A stretch of DNA of 64,000 bases from Rhodothermales bacterium. GTDB lineage: Bacteria; Bacteroidota; Rhodothermia; Rhodothermales; Bin80. The notes beneath the pieces were generated by a model. It was not told the origin of the DNA. It did not search any database and saw only the letters and a list, made by a program, of their open reading frames with translations. The stretch is from positions 66,091 to 130,090 of the forward strand of contig OZ244148.1 in the NCBI GenBank assembly GCA_965216255.1, given 5' to 3'. This document shows positions 19,375 through 29,443 of this stretch, piece by piece (position 1 is the first letter of the stretch; each line of letters opens with the position of its first letter). The translations under genes were made by a program, and so were the position numbers.

Positions 19375-21536
19375 CCCAAGTTTACCATTGTGCTTCATAA
19401 CAGGTTGTAAAGTAGAGACTTGAAAATTGTTCTGGCACAACAAATGGCCACCAAGTGAGGTTTTATGCCTTAGGTCATATGATCGTCTTGTGCATGGCCA
19501 AGGGCAGTGGATCGATGCACAAGGCATCGTAAATGGCCCTTAGTTCCATATCCGGCTGCGAGCTGGTGCGGACATGGAGTGTGCGTGCGTCCTTGCGCTC
19601 GAAGATGCTGGTCGTGCGAACCTGACGACGAAGGATCCTCCTGAGTGTCGTCCAGCTGAAGCGTAGTCCTTTCTGGCGCAGACGCGTACGAATCACCTGC
19701 ACCAACTGGTAAGCCAGGACCGTGATGAATAGATGGCCCTCCGCGCGCCGGCCTGTGGAATGGTAGATCGGTCGCAGTCCGAGTTCCGACTTCAGGGACC
19801 GAAACACCGCTTCCAGATCGGTCAGCATCACATACGTGCGCCAGAGCTCTTCCGCGGTGAACTCCATCTCGTTGCTGCGCAGGCAATAGACGCCCGGATC
19901 GGTCATTATCGTGCCCGCTTTCGGCGTCTTTGTCCACGTGATAGACTGGGCCCGCTTGCCGTCCTCATCCGTCTCCACTTCTATCTCGTAATGCTGTCCG
20001 ATGCCGCTGAAGCTCTGCTTCAATCGGCCGATACGTTCCCTTATGAGGTCGATGCGCTTGTGCGTCTTCGGCCGGGCAAGCCCCTCGGAAAGCTTGCCGA
20101 GGGCCTCCTCGAATCTTTCCGCTTTCTGCTTCACCTTGGCCTCTTCCATCGCCATGCGGGACCGGGATCGGCAACAGAGCCGTACCTCGTCGTCTGCCTC
20201 CTCCCGGTACACCTCGACGTCACTGCCCGAGGCCGTCTGAAGAGCCTCGGCCTGCTGCTCATCAAAATGCTTCCTGCGCTCTCTTGATACCACGATGTAG
20301 CGGTAGCCCTCCTCTCGCAGCCAGTCTATGCGGTCCTGTGTGGCAATGCCCCGATCCATCACCACACGTGCGTTCTTGGGCGTCTCCAGGGACTCCAGCA
20401 TCTCCTTGAGCGTGGACGCTTCGTTTACGTTGCCCTTGAAGACTTGGCTACGACGCACGAACCCGCTGCCGTCCACTACAAGAGCCAGCGTGAGCAGCAC
20501 GCAGTCACTGCGACGCTCCTTCGAGCGTCCGTACTTGGCCTTGTCGATGCTCTTGCCACTGCCTTCCAGGAAGCTGTTGGTCAGATCATAGAGCGCGATC
20601 GTGGGCTCCAGATCAAACAGGTCCAGCGCCCGTGCAAAGAGGTGGTCCTCTATGGCCTTGCGGTGTTTGTGCAGCATGTCGCTGGCCCGGTACAGCTGCA
20701 TGTCGGCCATCTTCTCGAAGTTGCAGCCCAGAAACTCGTCCAGGCCACTGGCAGAGGCCAGCCAACGCTTCGTGGCATGTTCGCTGGCCGGCTCGGCCAG
20801 ACGGCCTATGATGGAGCCCGTGGCCGCATGCCGGAGGCCTCGCGTGATGCCAAGCTTCTCGAAGAGCTCATCCATGCCCAACTGCTCCATGGCCCAGAGC
20901 CCCACATGTTCTACACCCACCGTGCGGGGCCGGACCGTTTTGAGCGAGTGGACATCCACATGGTGCCATTCGCGCGGCGGCGTCTCGCCCTTGCCCTCGG
21001 TCACGGCTACCGCCTTGCGCGCACTCAAAAGTTCTGCAATGCGGTGGGCCTCCTCTTCCACGACGGCAGGAACGCCCATGGGTACGAGCTGGCCCTTGAG
21101 CAGTGCCTCAATCCGGTTGCAGAGCGCACGCCAGTAGCGTTTGTCGATGCGGAAGTGGGCACCGAGATTGAGCAGGGTCTTCTGCCGGACCTTGCCCTCT
21201 ATGCGTTCGCCGTGGCAGAGCCGAAAGGAATAGTAGCGTGTAGCGTTGTCGGTGGTATGGGTAAGCGATCGTCGGATATACATAGGGGGAAGATAGGGCC
21301 GGGAACCACTGCCCGCAATAGCCATCCATAATTTATGGCACAACATTCGTATTCCAGCTTCTGTGAATCTCAAAAATGGTGCGTTGGTGGGATCTTGTGG
21401 GGTTCTGGTGGGGCCAAGCACCAGAAATTCCGGCAAAACAGGCCTCAAGTGGGGGCTCATCCCTAAAAAGCTCTCGAAATAATTAACTGCGATTATTGCC
21501 GACCTTCAAATTCAGCCGCCAAATGGTAAAGATGGG
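19375..21536 (-). mobile_element. IS1634-family element copy 2 (2162 bp)
   Basis: TIRs CCCAAGTTTACC / GGTAAAGATGGG; 4-bp TSD TCGG. Confidence 0.92.
19475..21283 (-). CDS. IS1634-family transposase
   Basis: MYIRR start, RQKTLLNLG, LYDLTN, GRSKERRSD, VVMDRG, EAVFRSLKSELGLRPIYH. Confidence 0.92.
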   Translation of the reverse strand: MYIRRSLTHTTDNATRYYSFRLCHGERIEGKVRQKTLLNLGAHFRIDKRYWRALCNRIEALLKGQLVPMGVPAVVEEEAHRIAELLSARKAVAVTEGKGETPPREWHHVDVHSLKTVRPRTVGVEHVGLWAMEQLGMDELFEKLGITRGLRHAATGSIIGRLAEPASEHATKRWLASASGLDEFLGCNFEKMADMQLYRASDMLHKHRKAIEDHLFARALDLFDLEPTIALYDLTNSFLEGSGKSIDKAKYGRSKERRSDCVLLTLALVVDGSGFVRRSQVFKGNVNEASTLKEMLESLETPKNARVVMDRGIATQDRIDWLREEGYRYIVVSRERRKHFDEQQAEALQTASGSDVEVYREEADDEVRLCCRSRSRMAMEEAKVKQKAERFEEALGKLSEGLARPKTHKRIDLIRERIGRLKQSFSGIGQHYEIEVETDEDGKRAQSITWTKTPKAGTIMTDPGVYCLRSNEMEFTAEELWRTYVMLTDLEAVFRSLKSELGLRPIYHSTGRRAEGHLFITVLAYQLVQVIRTRLRQKGLRFSWTTLRRILRRQVRTTSIFERKDARTLHVRTSSQPDMELRAIYDALCIDPLPLAMHKTII

Positions 21537-22678
21537 TCGGGAAATGATGTGGATCGGTTACTTCCTTGATCATAGAGGACTTCCACCTCCTGTACTTGGC
21601 CAGTTGGCCTGACGCACCTCGAATCTTTCCGCTTTCTGCCTCACCTTGGCCTCTTCCATCGCCATGCGGGACCGGGATCGGCAACAGAGCCGCACCTCGT
21701 CGTCTGCCTCCTCCCGGTACACCTCTACGTCACTGCCCGAGGCCGTCTGAAGAGCCTCGGCCTGCTGCTCATCAAAATGCTTCCTGCGCTCTCTTGATAC
21801 CACAATGTAGCGGTAGCCCTCCTCTCGCAGCCAGTCTATGCGGTCCTGTGTGGCAATGCCCCGATCCATCACCACACGTGCGTTCTTGGGCGTCTCCAGG
21901 GACTCCAGCATCTCCTTGAGCGTGGACGCTTCGTTTACGTTGCCCTTGAAGATCTGGCTACGACGCACGAACCCGCTGCCGCGCGTTACAAGAGCCAGCG
22001 TGAGCAGCACGCAGTCACTGTGCGCCGTGGAAAGGCGCTTCTTCCTTGTGGGTGCGAATCCCACTCAATATCTGTCGTTCCAATTGGTAGCGGCCAAAGC
22101 GATTCATGGAGGTAACGATATGGATTGAAGCACTTTGGTAAAAGGATCACATTGGTGATTCAGCGAGCATGCAGGCCGGAACGCGCAGTGAATGCTGAGC
22201 AGGCCTCGAAACATGCAATGCGGAAGCCGACCCTCCGGTGACAAGGGGAAGGCCGCTGATAGTCCGGGAAGTGAACGACACGTGCACCGGGCTATTTCCG
22301 CCGGGGTACTGGCACTGGCATGCATGCAAGATGGAAGGGGTAGCAACACGGGAAGCCCTGTCGGCGGTGCAGCACACACCAACCGGAAGCCCGCAAGGGT
22401 CAGGCCGGACCGAGAGGGTGGCGGAGTGGCCCGTAGTACCGTAGAGACGGGGTAATGCCCGTGGAGGAAAGGGGCCGCAGGTGCGGAGCGATGTTCGTAG
22501 AGGGAAAGGCCACGGCATTGGCAGAGACCTACTAAACCGGTAAATGGTCGGAGACCTCGGCGGCATCACATGCGAAAGTGAAGGAGCCATGTGGCATGCC
22601 AGGCACGCCACGGGGTGCTATCAGGGCGTAAACAGGCCTGATGGCCAACGGACTCAAGGCATGGAGTGGAAACAGGGA

Positions 22679-24089
22679 GAGAAACTGCCATATCTTGGGT
22701 CTGTAGAATGCCGCGGCATGGGATTGTGGAATTGTGGAATTAGAATTAGGCGGCTTGTTTGTCTACTTCTACGCTGTACTCTTGTGGGGTTGTTTCCAGC
22801 ACACGGATGAGCAGCTGCGATCCAGTCAGCCTCCGCCAGCGTTTCTCCGCTTCCCGGGTTAGTTTGTAAACCATCATCAGTGTCGCGTCCCGGCTGCCGC
22901 ATCCCTTGGTTTGCCGTGTACGTTTTCGTACGGTCGCAAACGTGGACTCAATGGGATTCGAAGTCCGAAGATGAACCCAGTGTTCGGGCGGGAACTGGTA
23001 GAAGGTTAAGAGCTCCTCTTGATCCTTGCGCAGACAGGTGACGGCCTTCTCGTAGGCGCCTCCGAAGAGATTCTCGAAGGTATCGAGTGCCTTCAGGGCA
23101 TCCTTCCTGGACGGTGCCGTATAGATGCCACGGAGCCTCTCTTTCGCAGACCCCTGCAGCTTCTTGGGCAGCTTATTGAGCACGTTGGCTGTCTTGTGCA
23201 CCCAGCATCGCTGTTGTAGCGTGGAGGGATATACTTCTTCTAACGCAGCCCAGAAGCCTAGGCCTCCGTCTGCTGTGGCAGCCTTAGGCGCTACGTCCAA
23301 GCCTCGTTGTTTGATATCCAACAATAGCTCCTTCCAGGACAGCCTGCTTTCCCGCTCTCCGTCCAGAAGTCCTACGAGTTCTTTCCTTCCATCGGGCGTA
23401 ACTCCAATAATAACAAGCATACACGGGCGCTCGTTTCCCATGCGAACATGGAAGTATAACCCGTCAGCCCAGAGGTAAACATACCGTTTGCCCGTCAAGT
23501 CCCGCTTATTCCATTGCCGGTATTCCTCCAGCCAAGCCCCCTTGAGTCGGCTGATTGACGATGGCGATAGGTTGCCAGCTTGCGGGCCAAGTATGGCCTC
23601 CAGGGCCAGAGCAAAGTCGTTGGTCGAAACTCCCCGCAGGTACAAGGCCGGAATGAGTGCATCTATCGACGGACTGCGGCGCATATAGCGCGGCAGTATG
23701 GCGCTGGTGAAGGTATGCCCTGTTCGAGGGTCACGGATATGGGGCCGCTGGATCGCTAGCGGGCCCGCACCCGTGAGGATTTCTCTCTGCGGATGGTGGC
23801 CATTGCGTTTGACGACTCGGTGGCCGTGCTCATTCCGCAGGTGTGCATGGGCATTCACGTAGTCGTCGGCTTCCCGCTCGAGCGCTGCCTGAAGCATGCG
23901 CCGGGCGGAGCTGCGCACCAAGTCATCCAGGGTGCTGAGTGCCTCCTCACGGGTAACCAGTGAGTGTACGTTGGATTCTGTTGAGTCTGTCATACGATGT
24001 AGTCCGGATATGCCCGTCTAGGGCGATTGATGGGTACTCCACAAAGATACGCCGCGGCATTCTACAGACCCAAGATATGGCAGTTTCTC
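22679..24089 (-). mobile_element. IS256-family element copy 2 (1411 bp)
   Basis: Same TIR; 9-bp TSD AAACAGGGA. Confidence 0.95.
22746..23993 (-). CDS. IS256-family transposase
   Basis: One amino acid different from copy 1. Confidence 0.95.
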   Translation of the reverse strand: MTDSTESNVHSLVTREEALSTLDDLVRSSARRMLQAALEREADDYVNAHAHLRNEHGHRVVKRNGHHPQREILTGAGPLAIQRPHIRDPRTGHTFTSAILPRYMRRSPSIDALIPALYLRGVSTNDFALALEAILGPQAGNLSPSSISRLKGAWLEEYRQWNKRDLTGKRYVYLWADGLYFHVRMGNERPCMLVIIGVTPDGRKELVGLLDGERESRLSWKELLLDIKQRGLDVAPKAATADGGLGFWAALEEVYPSTLQQRCWVHKTANVLNKLPKKLQGSAKERLRGIYTAPSRKDALKALDTFENLFGGAYEKAVTCLRKDQEELLTFYQFPPEHWVHLRTSNPIESTFATVRKRTRQTKGCGSRDATLMMVYKLTREAEKRWRRLTGSQLLIRVLETTPQEYSVEVDKQAA

Positions 24090-24130
24090 AAACAGGGACC
24101 GTGCTAGTCTATGAACAGGAGAAGCTCCAT

Positions 24131-26300
24131 CCCAAGTTTACCATTGTGCTTCATAACAGGTTGTAAAATAGCAACTTACAAATTGTTCTGGCACAACAAA
24201 TAGCCACCAAGTGAGGTTTTATGCCTTAGGTCATATGATCGTCTTGTGCATGGCCAAGGGCAGTGGATCGATGCACAAGGCATCGTAAATGGCCCTTAGT
24301 TCCATATCCGGCTGCGAGCTGGTGCGGACATGGAGTGTGCGTGCGTCCTTACGCTCGAAGATGCTGGTCGTGCGAACCTGACGACGAAGGATCCTCCTGA
24401 GTGTCGTCCAGCTGAAGCGTAGTCCTTTCTGGCGCAGACGCGTACGAATCACCTGCACCAACTGGTAAGCCAGGACCGTGATGAATAGATGGCCCTCCGC
24501 GCGCCGGCCTGTGGAATGATAGATCGGTCGCAGTCCGAGTTCCGACTTCAGGGACCGGAACACCGCTTCCAGATCGGTCAGCATCACATACGTGCGCCAG
24601 AGCTCTTCCGCGGTGAACTCCATCTCGTTGCTGCGCAGGCAATAGACGCCCGGATCGGTCATTATCGTGCCCGCTTTCGGCGTCTTTGTCCACGTGATGG
24701 ACTGGGCCCGCTTGCCGTCCTCATCCGTCTCCACTTCTATCTCGTAATGCTGTCCGATGCCGCTGAAGCTCTGCTTCAATCGGCCGATACGTTCCCTTAT
24801 GAGGTCGATGCGCTTTTGCGTCTTCGGCCGGGCAAGCCCCTCGGAAAGCTTGCCGAGGGCCTCCTCGAATCTTTCCGCTTTCTGCTTCACCTTGGCCTCT
24901 TCCATCGCCATGCGGGACCGGGATCGGCAACAGAGCCGCACCTCGTCGTCTGCCTCCTCCCGGTACACCTCTACGTCACTGCCCGAGGCCGTCTGAAGAG
25001 CGAGTGCCCGCTGCTCATCAAAATGCTTCCTGCGCTCTCTTGATACCACAATGTAGCGGTAGCCCTCCTCTCGCAGCCAGTCTATGCGGTCCTGTGTGGC
25101 AATGCCCCGATCCATCACCACACGTGCGTTCTTGGGCGTCTCCAGGGACTCCAGCATCTCCTTGAGCGTGGACGCTTCGTTTACGTTGCCCTTGAAGATC
25201 TGGCTACGACGCACGAACCCGCTGCCGTCCACTACAAGAGCCAGCGTGAGCAGCACGCAGTCACTGCGACGCTCCTTCGAGCGTCCGTACTTGGCCTTGT
25301 CGATGCTCTTGCCACTGCCTTCCAGGAAGCTGTTGGTCAGATCATAGAGCGCGATCGTGGGCTCCAGATCAAACAGGTCCAGCGCCCGTGCAAAGAGGTG
25401 GTCCTCTATGGCCTTGCGGTGTTTGTGCAGCATGTCGCTGGCCCGGTACAGCTGCATGTCGGCCATCTTCTCGAAGTTGCAGCCCAGAAACTCGTCCAGG
25501 CCACTGGCAGAGGCCAGCCAACGCTTCGTGGCATGTTCGCTGGCCGGCTCGGCCAGACGGCCTATGATGGAGCCCGTGGCTGCATGCCGGAGGCCTCGTG
25601 TGATGCCAAGCTTCTCGAAGAGCTCATCCATGCCCAACTGCTCCATGGCCCAGAGCCCCACATGTTCTACACCCACCGTACGGGGCCGGACCGTTTTGAG
25701 CGAGTGGACATCCACATGGTGCCATTCGCGCGGCGGCGTCTCGCCCTTGCCCTCGGTCACGGCTACCGCCTTGCGCGCACTTAAAAGTTCTGCAATGCGG
25801 TGGGCCTCCTCTTCCACAACGGCAGGAACGCCCATGGGTACGAGTTCGAGCTGGCCCTTGAGCAGTGCCTCAATCCGGTTGCAGAGCGCACGCCAGTAGC
25901 GTTTGTCGATGCGGAAGTGGGCACCGAGATTGAGCAGGGTCTTCTGCCGGACCTTGCCCCCTATGCGTTCGCCGTGGCAGAGCCGAAAGGAATAGTAGCG
26001 TGTAGCGTTGTCGGTGGTATGGGTAAGCGATCGTCGGATATACATAGGGGGGAAGATAGGGCTGGGAACCGCTGCCCGCAATAGTCATCCATATTTTATG
26101 GCACAACATTCGTATTCCAGCTTCTGTGAATCTCAAAAATGGTGCGTTGGTGGGAGCTTGTGGGGACTCTGGTGGGGCCAAGCACCATAAATTCCGGTAA
26201 AACAGGCCTAAAGTGGGGGCTCATCCCTAAAAAGATCTCGAAATAAATAACTGCGATTATTGCCGACCTTCAGATTCAGCCGCCAAATGGTAAAGATGGG
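24131..26300 (-). mobile_element. IS1634-family element copy 3 (2170 bp)
   Basis: Same TIRs; 4-bp TSD CCAT. Confidence 0.92.
24231..26045 (-). CDS. IS1634-family transposase
   Basis: Near-identical to copy 2. Confidence 0.92.
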   Translation of the reverse strand: MYIRRSLTHTTDNATRYYSFRLCHGERIGGKVRQKTLLNLGAHFRIDKRYWRALCNRIEALLKGQLELVPMGVPAVVEEEAHRIAELLSARKAVAVTEGKGETPPREWHHVDVHSLKTVRPRTVGVEHVGLWAMEQLGMDELFEKLGITRGLRHAATGSIIGRLAEPASEHATKRWLASASGLDEFLGCNFEKMADMQLYRASDMLHKHRKAIEDHLFARALDLFDLEPTIALYDLTNSFLEGSGKSIDKAKYGRSKERRSDCVLLTLALVVDGSGFVRRSQIFKGNVNEASTLKEMLESLETPKNARVVMDRGIATQDRIDWLREEGYRYIVVSRERRKHFDEQRALALQTASGSDVEVYREEADDEVRLCCRSRSRMAMEEAKVKQKAERFEEALGKLSEGLARPKTQKRIDLIRERIGRLKQSFSGIGQHYEIEVETDEDGKRAQSITWTKTPKAGTIMTDPGVYCLRSNEMEFTAEELWRTYVMLTDLEAVFRSLKSELGLRPIYHSTGRRAEGHLFITVLAYQLVQVIRTRLRQKGLRFSWTTLRRILRRQVRTTSIFERKDARTLHVRTSSQPDMELRAIYDALCIDPLPLAMHKTII

Positions 26301-26659
26301 CCATGGGGCGACGCCGTTGTCCGAGTGCGAGTTGCATGATCCGCCTGGAGAGCCGGGTGCGGTAGTGCCGCACGCCCGGTTCGGTGAGCGGCGGGAGGAA
26401 ACACGGTTAGGGAAGCCGGACTGCGGCCCGGAGCGAAAGCGACGGACAAGCCACCGGATCCTAAGGCAGGTGCGCCTCCCGCCGACTCTACGCGACGCTC
26501 CTTCGAGCGTCCGTACTTGGCCTTGTCGATGCTCTTGCCACTGCCTTCCAGGAAGCTGTTGGTCAGATCATAGAGCGCGATCGTGGGCTCCAGATCAAAC
26601 AGGTCCAGCGCCCGTGCAAAGAGGTGGTCCTCTATGGCCTTGCGGTGTTTGTGCAGCAT

Positions 26660-27176
26660 ATGGTCCACCGAGGCACTTTACAGATACCAATCTGCATTGT
26701 CGGAAAGGTCTATAGACCCTGATCTATTACAAGAGTGCATGCTTCACGGATACTATTATGCTGGAGTCTCATTTATCGACAAGAAGCGATATGAACAGTT
26801 CTTTGGCTCGAGCATTGATCAGGCGAAAATATCGTATGAAAGAGAGCGGGATGCGTATGTCGCTGATCTGGAAAAAGTGTATGCCAAAGATGTTGACGAT
26901 GCCTTCAATGCAACACCAGATATTGAGAAACCTTTCTTTTCGGTCCAAATGGCGTGGACGCTAACTAGATCGTCGAGAGAAAAAGAGAAGGTAGCTAACG
27001 AGGGAAGAATTAAGGCGGAGGTGCAGGTTAGGACACTTGAATCAGAAAGGGATGAAGCGTGGCGAATTCGGAAAAAACGGACCGAAGACCAGGACGCTGC
27101 CGAGCTTAGGAATCTCCAAAATCCTAAACATGTGCGTAAACGTCGCAAACAAGCTAAGAGGCGCAAGAGAAAATGA
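26660..27176 (+). pseudogene. 3' fragment of an unknown gene with coiled-coil and basic tail
   Basis: Lower-GC open frame starting abruptly at the IS1634 truncation point and ending RKRRKQAKRRKRK. Confidence 0.6.
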
Positions 27177-27250
27177 CGTAAGGCTTGGGAGACAGGTTTC
27201 ACGGAATTGATGGTGGTGTGTATACCTGTGGGGGAATATTCCGACTTAGA

Positions 27251-28052
27251 GTAAGCGTCCGGTGACCCACACTATGCGCATGCGTCGTGGGCTTTGATCC
27301 TCGGGTCAAGCAACGTCGGGTAGCCCGGGGGAATTTCACCCCCAGGCTCCCACAGAACCGTACGTGAGACTCTCGCCTCATACGGCTCTTCTCGGCCCAC
27401 CCGGCTACCAATCCAGCCAGCAGCCAGGCCCTTGTTTCTTGAGCGAGGTCCTCCCGCTTTGCGGTTGCCCCGCTCCTTCCACCAACCGAGTCGGCCCCTT
27501 CGCTCCAGTACCATTACAGAACCTTCATCACTACTACGAGCCGATCCGCCCCCGTGGAGCGCATTGGTACTCAATCGCTCGCGGGTTCTCCGCTTGCGAG
27601 TCTCCCTTAGCATCGCCCCGACAGGTTCCCACGTTCCGCATTTAGGCCCAGACCATATTCTCGCCGCCTGTATGCCGGATGCCGATCGGGCCATAAACAG
27701 GCACCTCCCGATCTTGTCCCGGAGCAGAGATGAGACCCCGGTTTTGACATCGTCCATGCACTTCCGACACTTCGTCAGCGGTTCACTTGCGTTCGACTCT
27801 ATGGCCCATACCTGACAGAGTCCTTGCTCCGCCTTTTCCGGGCTCGCTCACTACCGAACCCTTAAAGTCAAGCAGCAGCCGGTGGTTTGCAGCCTCCGCC
27901 TGTACGACGGCTGCGGGGGGCCTTCCCCCATCCTAAATGCAGTCACGCAACACTCAAGCTATGTTAAAGAACAACACCTGCGTGCCACTCGTGGCACACA
28001 ATCTCCTGACCAGCCCTTCACTCACGCACGGTGTGGGTCACCGGACGCTTAC
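27251..28052. mobile_element. IS66-type MITE (117 bp net) interrupted by a group II intron
   Basis: 22-bp perfect TIR GTAAGCGTCCGGTGACCCACAC; no ORF; flanks lack a matching TSD. Confidence 0.8.
27315..27999 (-). mobile_element. ORF-less group II intron D (class D-like, 685 nt)
   Basis: 5' GTGTGCCACG; DV GAGCCGTATGAGGCGAGAGTCTCACGTACGGTTC; DVI ending CTACCCGAC. Confidence 0.85.
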
Positions 28053-28180
28053 CCCCTGCCGACGCTTCGCCCATCTCCTCACGAGGATGACCGCACGGCT
28101 TGGGGAATGATATGGAGCGGTTACTTCCTTCATCACAGAGGAATTCCACCCCCTGTACTTGGCCAATTAGTCTGGCGCAC
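28053..28180 (-). mobile_element. 5' fragment of B-type group II intron (B4), truncated by the MITE
   Basis: GTGCGCCAGACTAATTGGCCAAGTACAGG, homologous to B1-B3; inserted just after IS66 tnpB. Confidence 0.8.
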
Positions 28181-28929
28181 CACATGCATTTCCCCCCGTT
28201 TCCACATACTATCTATCCCGATTTCCGGCTCTTAACCGCATACCGGCGCCCGTACGGACTTCAGCGACACTCCCTTCAGTAACATCACCATCTGCGGCCA
28301 CGTCGGCATATCCTCTTTCGGCAGCTCGAACGTACCCGCTTCAGGCCTTTTGTAAAACAAGGCGAAGCCGTTTCGGTCCCACGAAAGCGCCTTCAGATGG
28401 CTCCGCCTCCTGTTGATGAACACAAAGGCGGCCCCGACATGGGATCCCGCTTCATGCCGCTTTTCACTAAGGCGCACAGGCCGTCAAAGCTCTTGCGCAT
28501 GTCGGCCGGCGGCCGGTAAAAGAAATACCGGCGCGAAGGCCCCAGTCCGATCATGACTGCACCAGCTGCGCCAGGTACGAGGCAGATACCGGCGCCAAGA
28601 GGCGCACGCGTATCCCGCCCGGGTACATGATCTCCACTTGCGCCTCTTCACCTGCCACGGGTCGGCCAATCTCCACAAAGGCGCCACTGCCGCAGCCTCC
28701 AGGCGATACTTCCGACGCCAGTAAAACAGCTGCCCATACGAGATGCCGCGCTCGGCACAGAACGCTGCAGCGGTCTGGCTGCTTTCTTCATACTGTTCCA
28801 CCAGCGGAAACATTTCTTCCGCCGTACGTCTGGGCTGTCTCATGCCATCCAGGCTTTGAGTCCTCGGGTCTATGAGTAATCTCCCGAGAAATCGTCACCT
28901 TATCCAGATGGGTTTCACCGCACGCTTAC
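28181..28929 (-). pseudogene. Degenerate IS66 left part (frameshifted tnpA, tnpB)
   Basis: Homologous to about 16166-16927 with small deletions; left TIR at 28929. Confidence 0.85.
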
Positions 28930-29129
28930 GATTCAGCGAGCATGCAGGCCGGAACGCGTAGTGAATGCCGAGCAGGCCTCGAAACGTGCAATGCGGAAAA
29001 GGGCCGGAGCGAAAGCGACGGACGAGCCACCGGATCCTAAGGGCTGGCGCGCCAGGCCCCGACCCTACTGACGAGCGGCGGGCGGAAACGTGCTCCTAAT
29101 GGGAGTAACGCGCCGCCCGTCGACTCTAC
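28930..29129 (+). mobile_element. Remnants of nested A-type group II introns (domain I piece, DVI ending 29068, second DVI ending 29129)
   Basis: 28930-28998 matches A1 domain I; CCGACCCTAC at 29068; 29069-29129 matches the A1 3' end. Confidence 0.75.
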
Positions 29130-29390
29130 CGTGCGCCTCCAGCCTGGAGAGCGCCTTTGCACACGTGGCCACCTGCGTCTTTCCCAGCACATCGAAAAAG
29201 CCGAAGCGCTCACACACATGATGCGCTATGGCCGTACGATTGTCCAGACTCCGGTCGCTGAGCACCTGTCCCAATGCACCTCGGGAAGAAGGCGCGCTCA
29301 GCGTACGCAAAATCTGGTTCTGCTGGAACATGCCGTGAAACTACACAGCAAAATTCCGAATGTTAATAGTCGGTTGTGGGTAAACGGCAG
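29130..29390 (-). pseudogene. Left end and N-terminus of a DUF4338-IS4 element
   Basis: QILRTLS..NRTAIAHHVCERFGFFDVLGKTQVATCAKALSRLE; TIR similar to the 2010 end. Confidence 0.7.
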
Positions 29391-29443
29391 GGCTAGCCCA
29401 CTCCGCTCCAGAGTCCTTGTAAGCGAGAAAACGATTGAGGCCG

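Larger units (their letters stand above)
17361..21617 (-). mobile_element. ORF-less group II intron B3 (671 nt net) in IS1634 copy 1, carrying IS256 and IS1634 insertions
   Basis: 5' GTGCGTCAGG at 21617; DV/DVI ending CTACCGGGAT at 17361. Exons TTCGAG|GAGGCC rejoin the transposase. Confidence 0.88.
22020..26491 (+). mobile_element. ORF-less group II intron A3 (878 nt net), antisense in IS1634 copy 1, carrying IS256 and IS1634 in domain IV
   Basis: 5' GTGCGCCGTG at 22020; DV near 26348-26383; 3' CCGACTCTAC at 26491. Flanks GCAGTCACT|GCGACGCTCC match the intact IS1634. Confidence 0.9.
9109..26659 (-). mobile_element. IS1634 copy 1, disrupted host of the nest; pieces 9109-9416, 16936-17360, 21618-22019, 26492-26659; 5' half deleted
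   Basis: End CCCAAGTTTACC at 9109. The pieces join collinearly with intact copy 19375-21536 once the inserted IS66 and introns are removed. Confidence 0.9.

Noticed and set aside
17490-24089. Inverted IS256 pair as a composite transposon or past inversion
   Set aside because: Each copy keeps its own 9-bp TSD, indicating independent insertions without rearrangement.
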